Origin: an uncultured bacterium
GTDB lineage: Bacteria; Verrucomicrobiota; Kiritimatiellia; RFP12; UBA3636
DNA: 64,000 nucleotides
Assembly (NCBI GenBank): GCA_902793555.1
Contig: CADBEF010000008.1
Location: forward strand, 420 to 64,419
Direction: 5' to 3'
Part shown: positions 63,955 to 64,000 of the stretch, in pieces
Layout: the number at the start of each line of letters is the position of its first letter
Numbering within the stretch: position 1 is the first letter of the stretch
Notes under the pieces: model-generated
What the model was told of the DNA's origin: nothing
Databases searched by the model: none
Seen by the model: the letters and a program-made list of their open reading frames with translations, nothing else
Translations under genes and position numbers: made by a program

Positions 63955-64000
63955 CGCAGGAGCGCGAGCGGGCCGAGAAGGCCTTCGGGCGGGATCGGCA

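Noticed and set aside
1-64000. CRISPR arrays, tRNA/rRNA genes, transposases, integrases
   Set aside because: No regularly spaced direct repeats with unique spacers. No tRNA-like cloverleaf candidates noticed in the short intergenic regions. No transposase- or integrase-like ORFs among the protein-like frames.

Overview
High-GC (~70%) bacterial chromosomal segment: a dense, multi-operon carbohydrate-active-enzyme and secreted-protein locus. No organism assigned, but the gene content (DUF2341/LamG giant proteins, many signal-peptide glycoside hydrolases) resembles PVC-superphylum glycan degraders. Supported coding content, both strands: a GH94 cellobiose/cellodextrin phosphorylase; GH5-like, GH16 (x2), GH10-like, GH2 and GH20-like hydrolases; a CE4 deacetylase; three paralogous FAD-dependent oxidoreductases (PF12831-like; one truncated by the window edge); S8 and C10 secreted proteases; an M14-like zinc hydrolase; a Gfo/Idh/MocA oxidoreductase; two sugar-phosphate isomerase/epimerase TIM barrels; a metallophosphoesterase; AraC and XylR-type regulators; and four giant (1300-1860 aa) secreted LamG/beta-helix repeat proteins, three of them carrying DUF2341-like modules, plus two ~1000-1200 aa paralogous secreted proteins of unknown family. 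The many long Arg/Ala/Gly-rich ORFs in the six-frame track are alternate-frame artefacts of GC-rich DNA. The unusual signals are non-coding. (1) Tandem 9-bp 'GACCATCCC' leader repeats that end in the start codon of at least seven genes, with one in-frame copy inside the GH2 gene. (2) A ~45-bp palindromic element present in seven full or partial copies in the 44.6-54.8 kb interval, three of them inside the first ~100 nt of consecutive genes. (3) AT-rich heptanucleotide microsatellites in promoter/leader regions. (4) Homopolymeric G11/C8 tracts in promoters. (5) A consistent leaderless promoter architecture TTGACN-17/18-TAGA(A/C)T-7/8-ATGAAA. A large paralogous duplication of a promoter, giant gene and M14 gene start shows a deletion/fusion junction; there are frameshifted genes and a 21-bp in-frame tandem duplication. 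No CRISPR arrays, tRNA/rRNA genes or recognisable transposases were seen.
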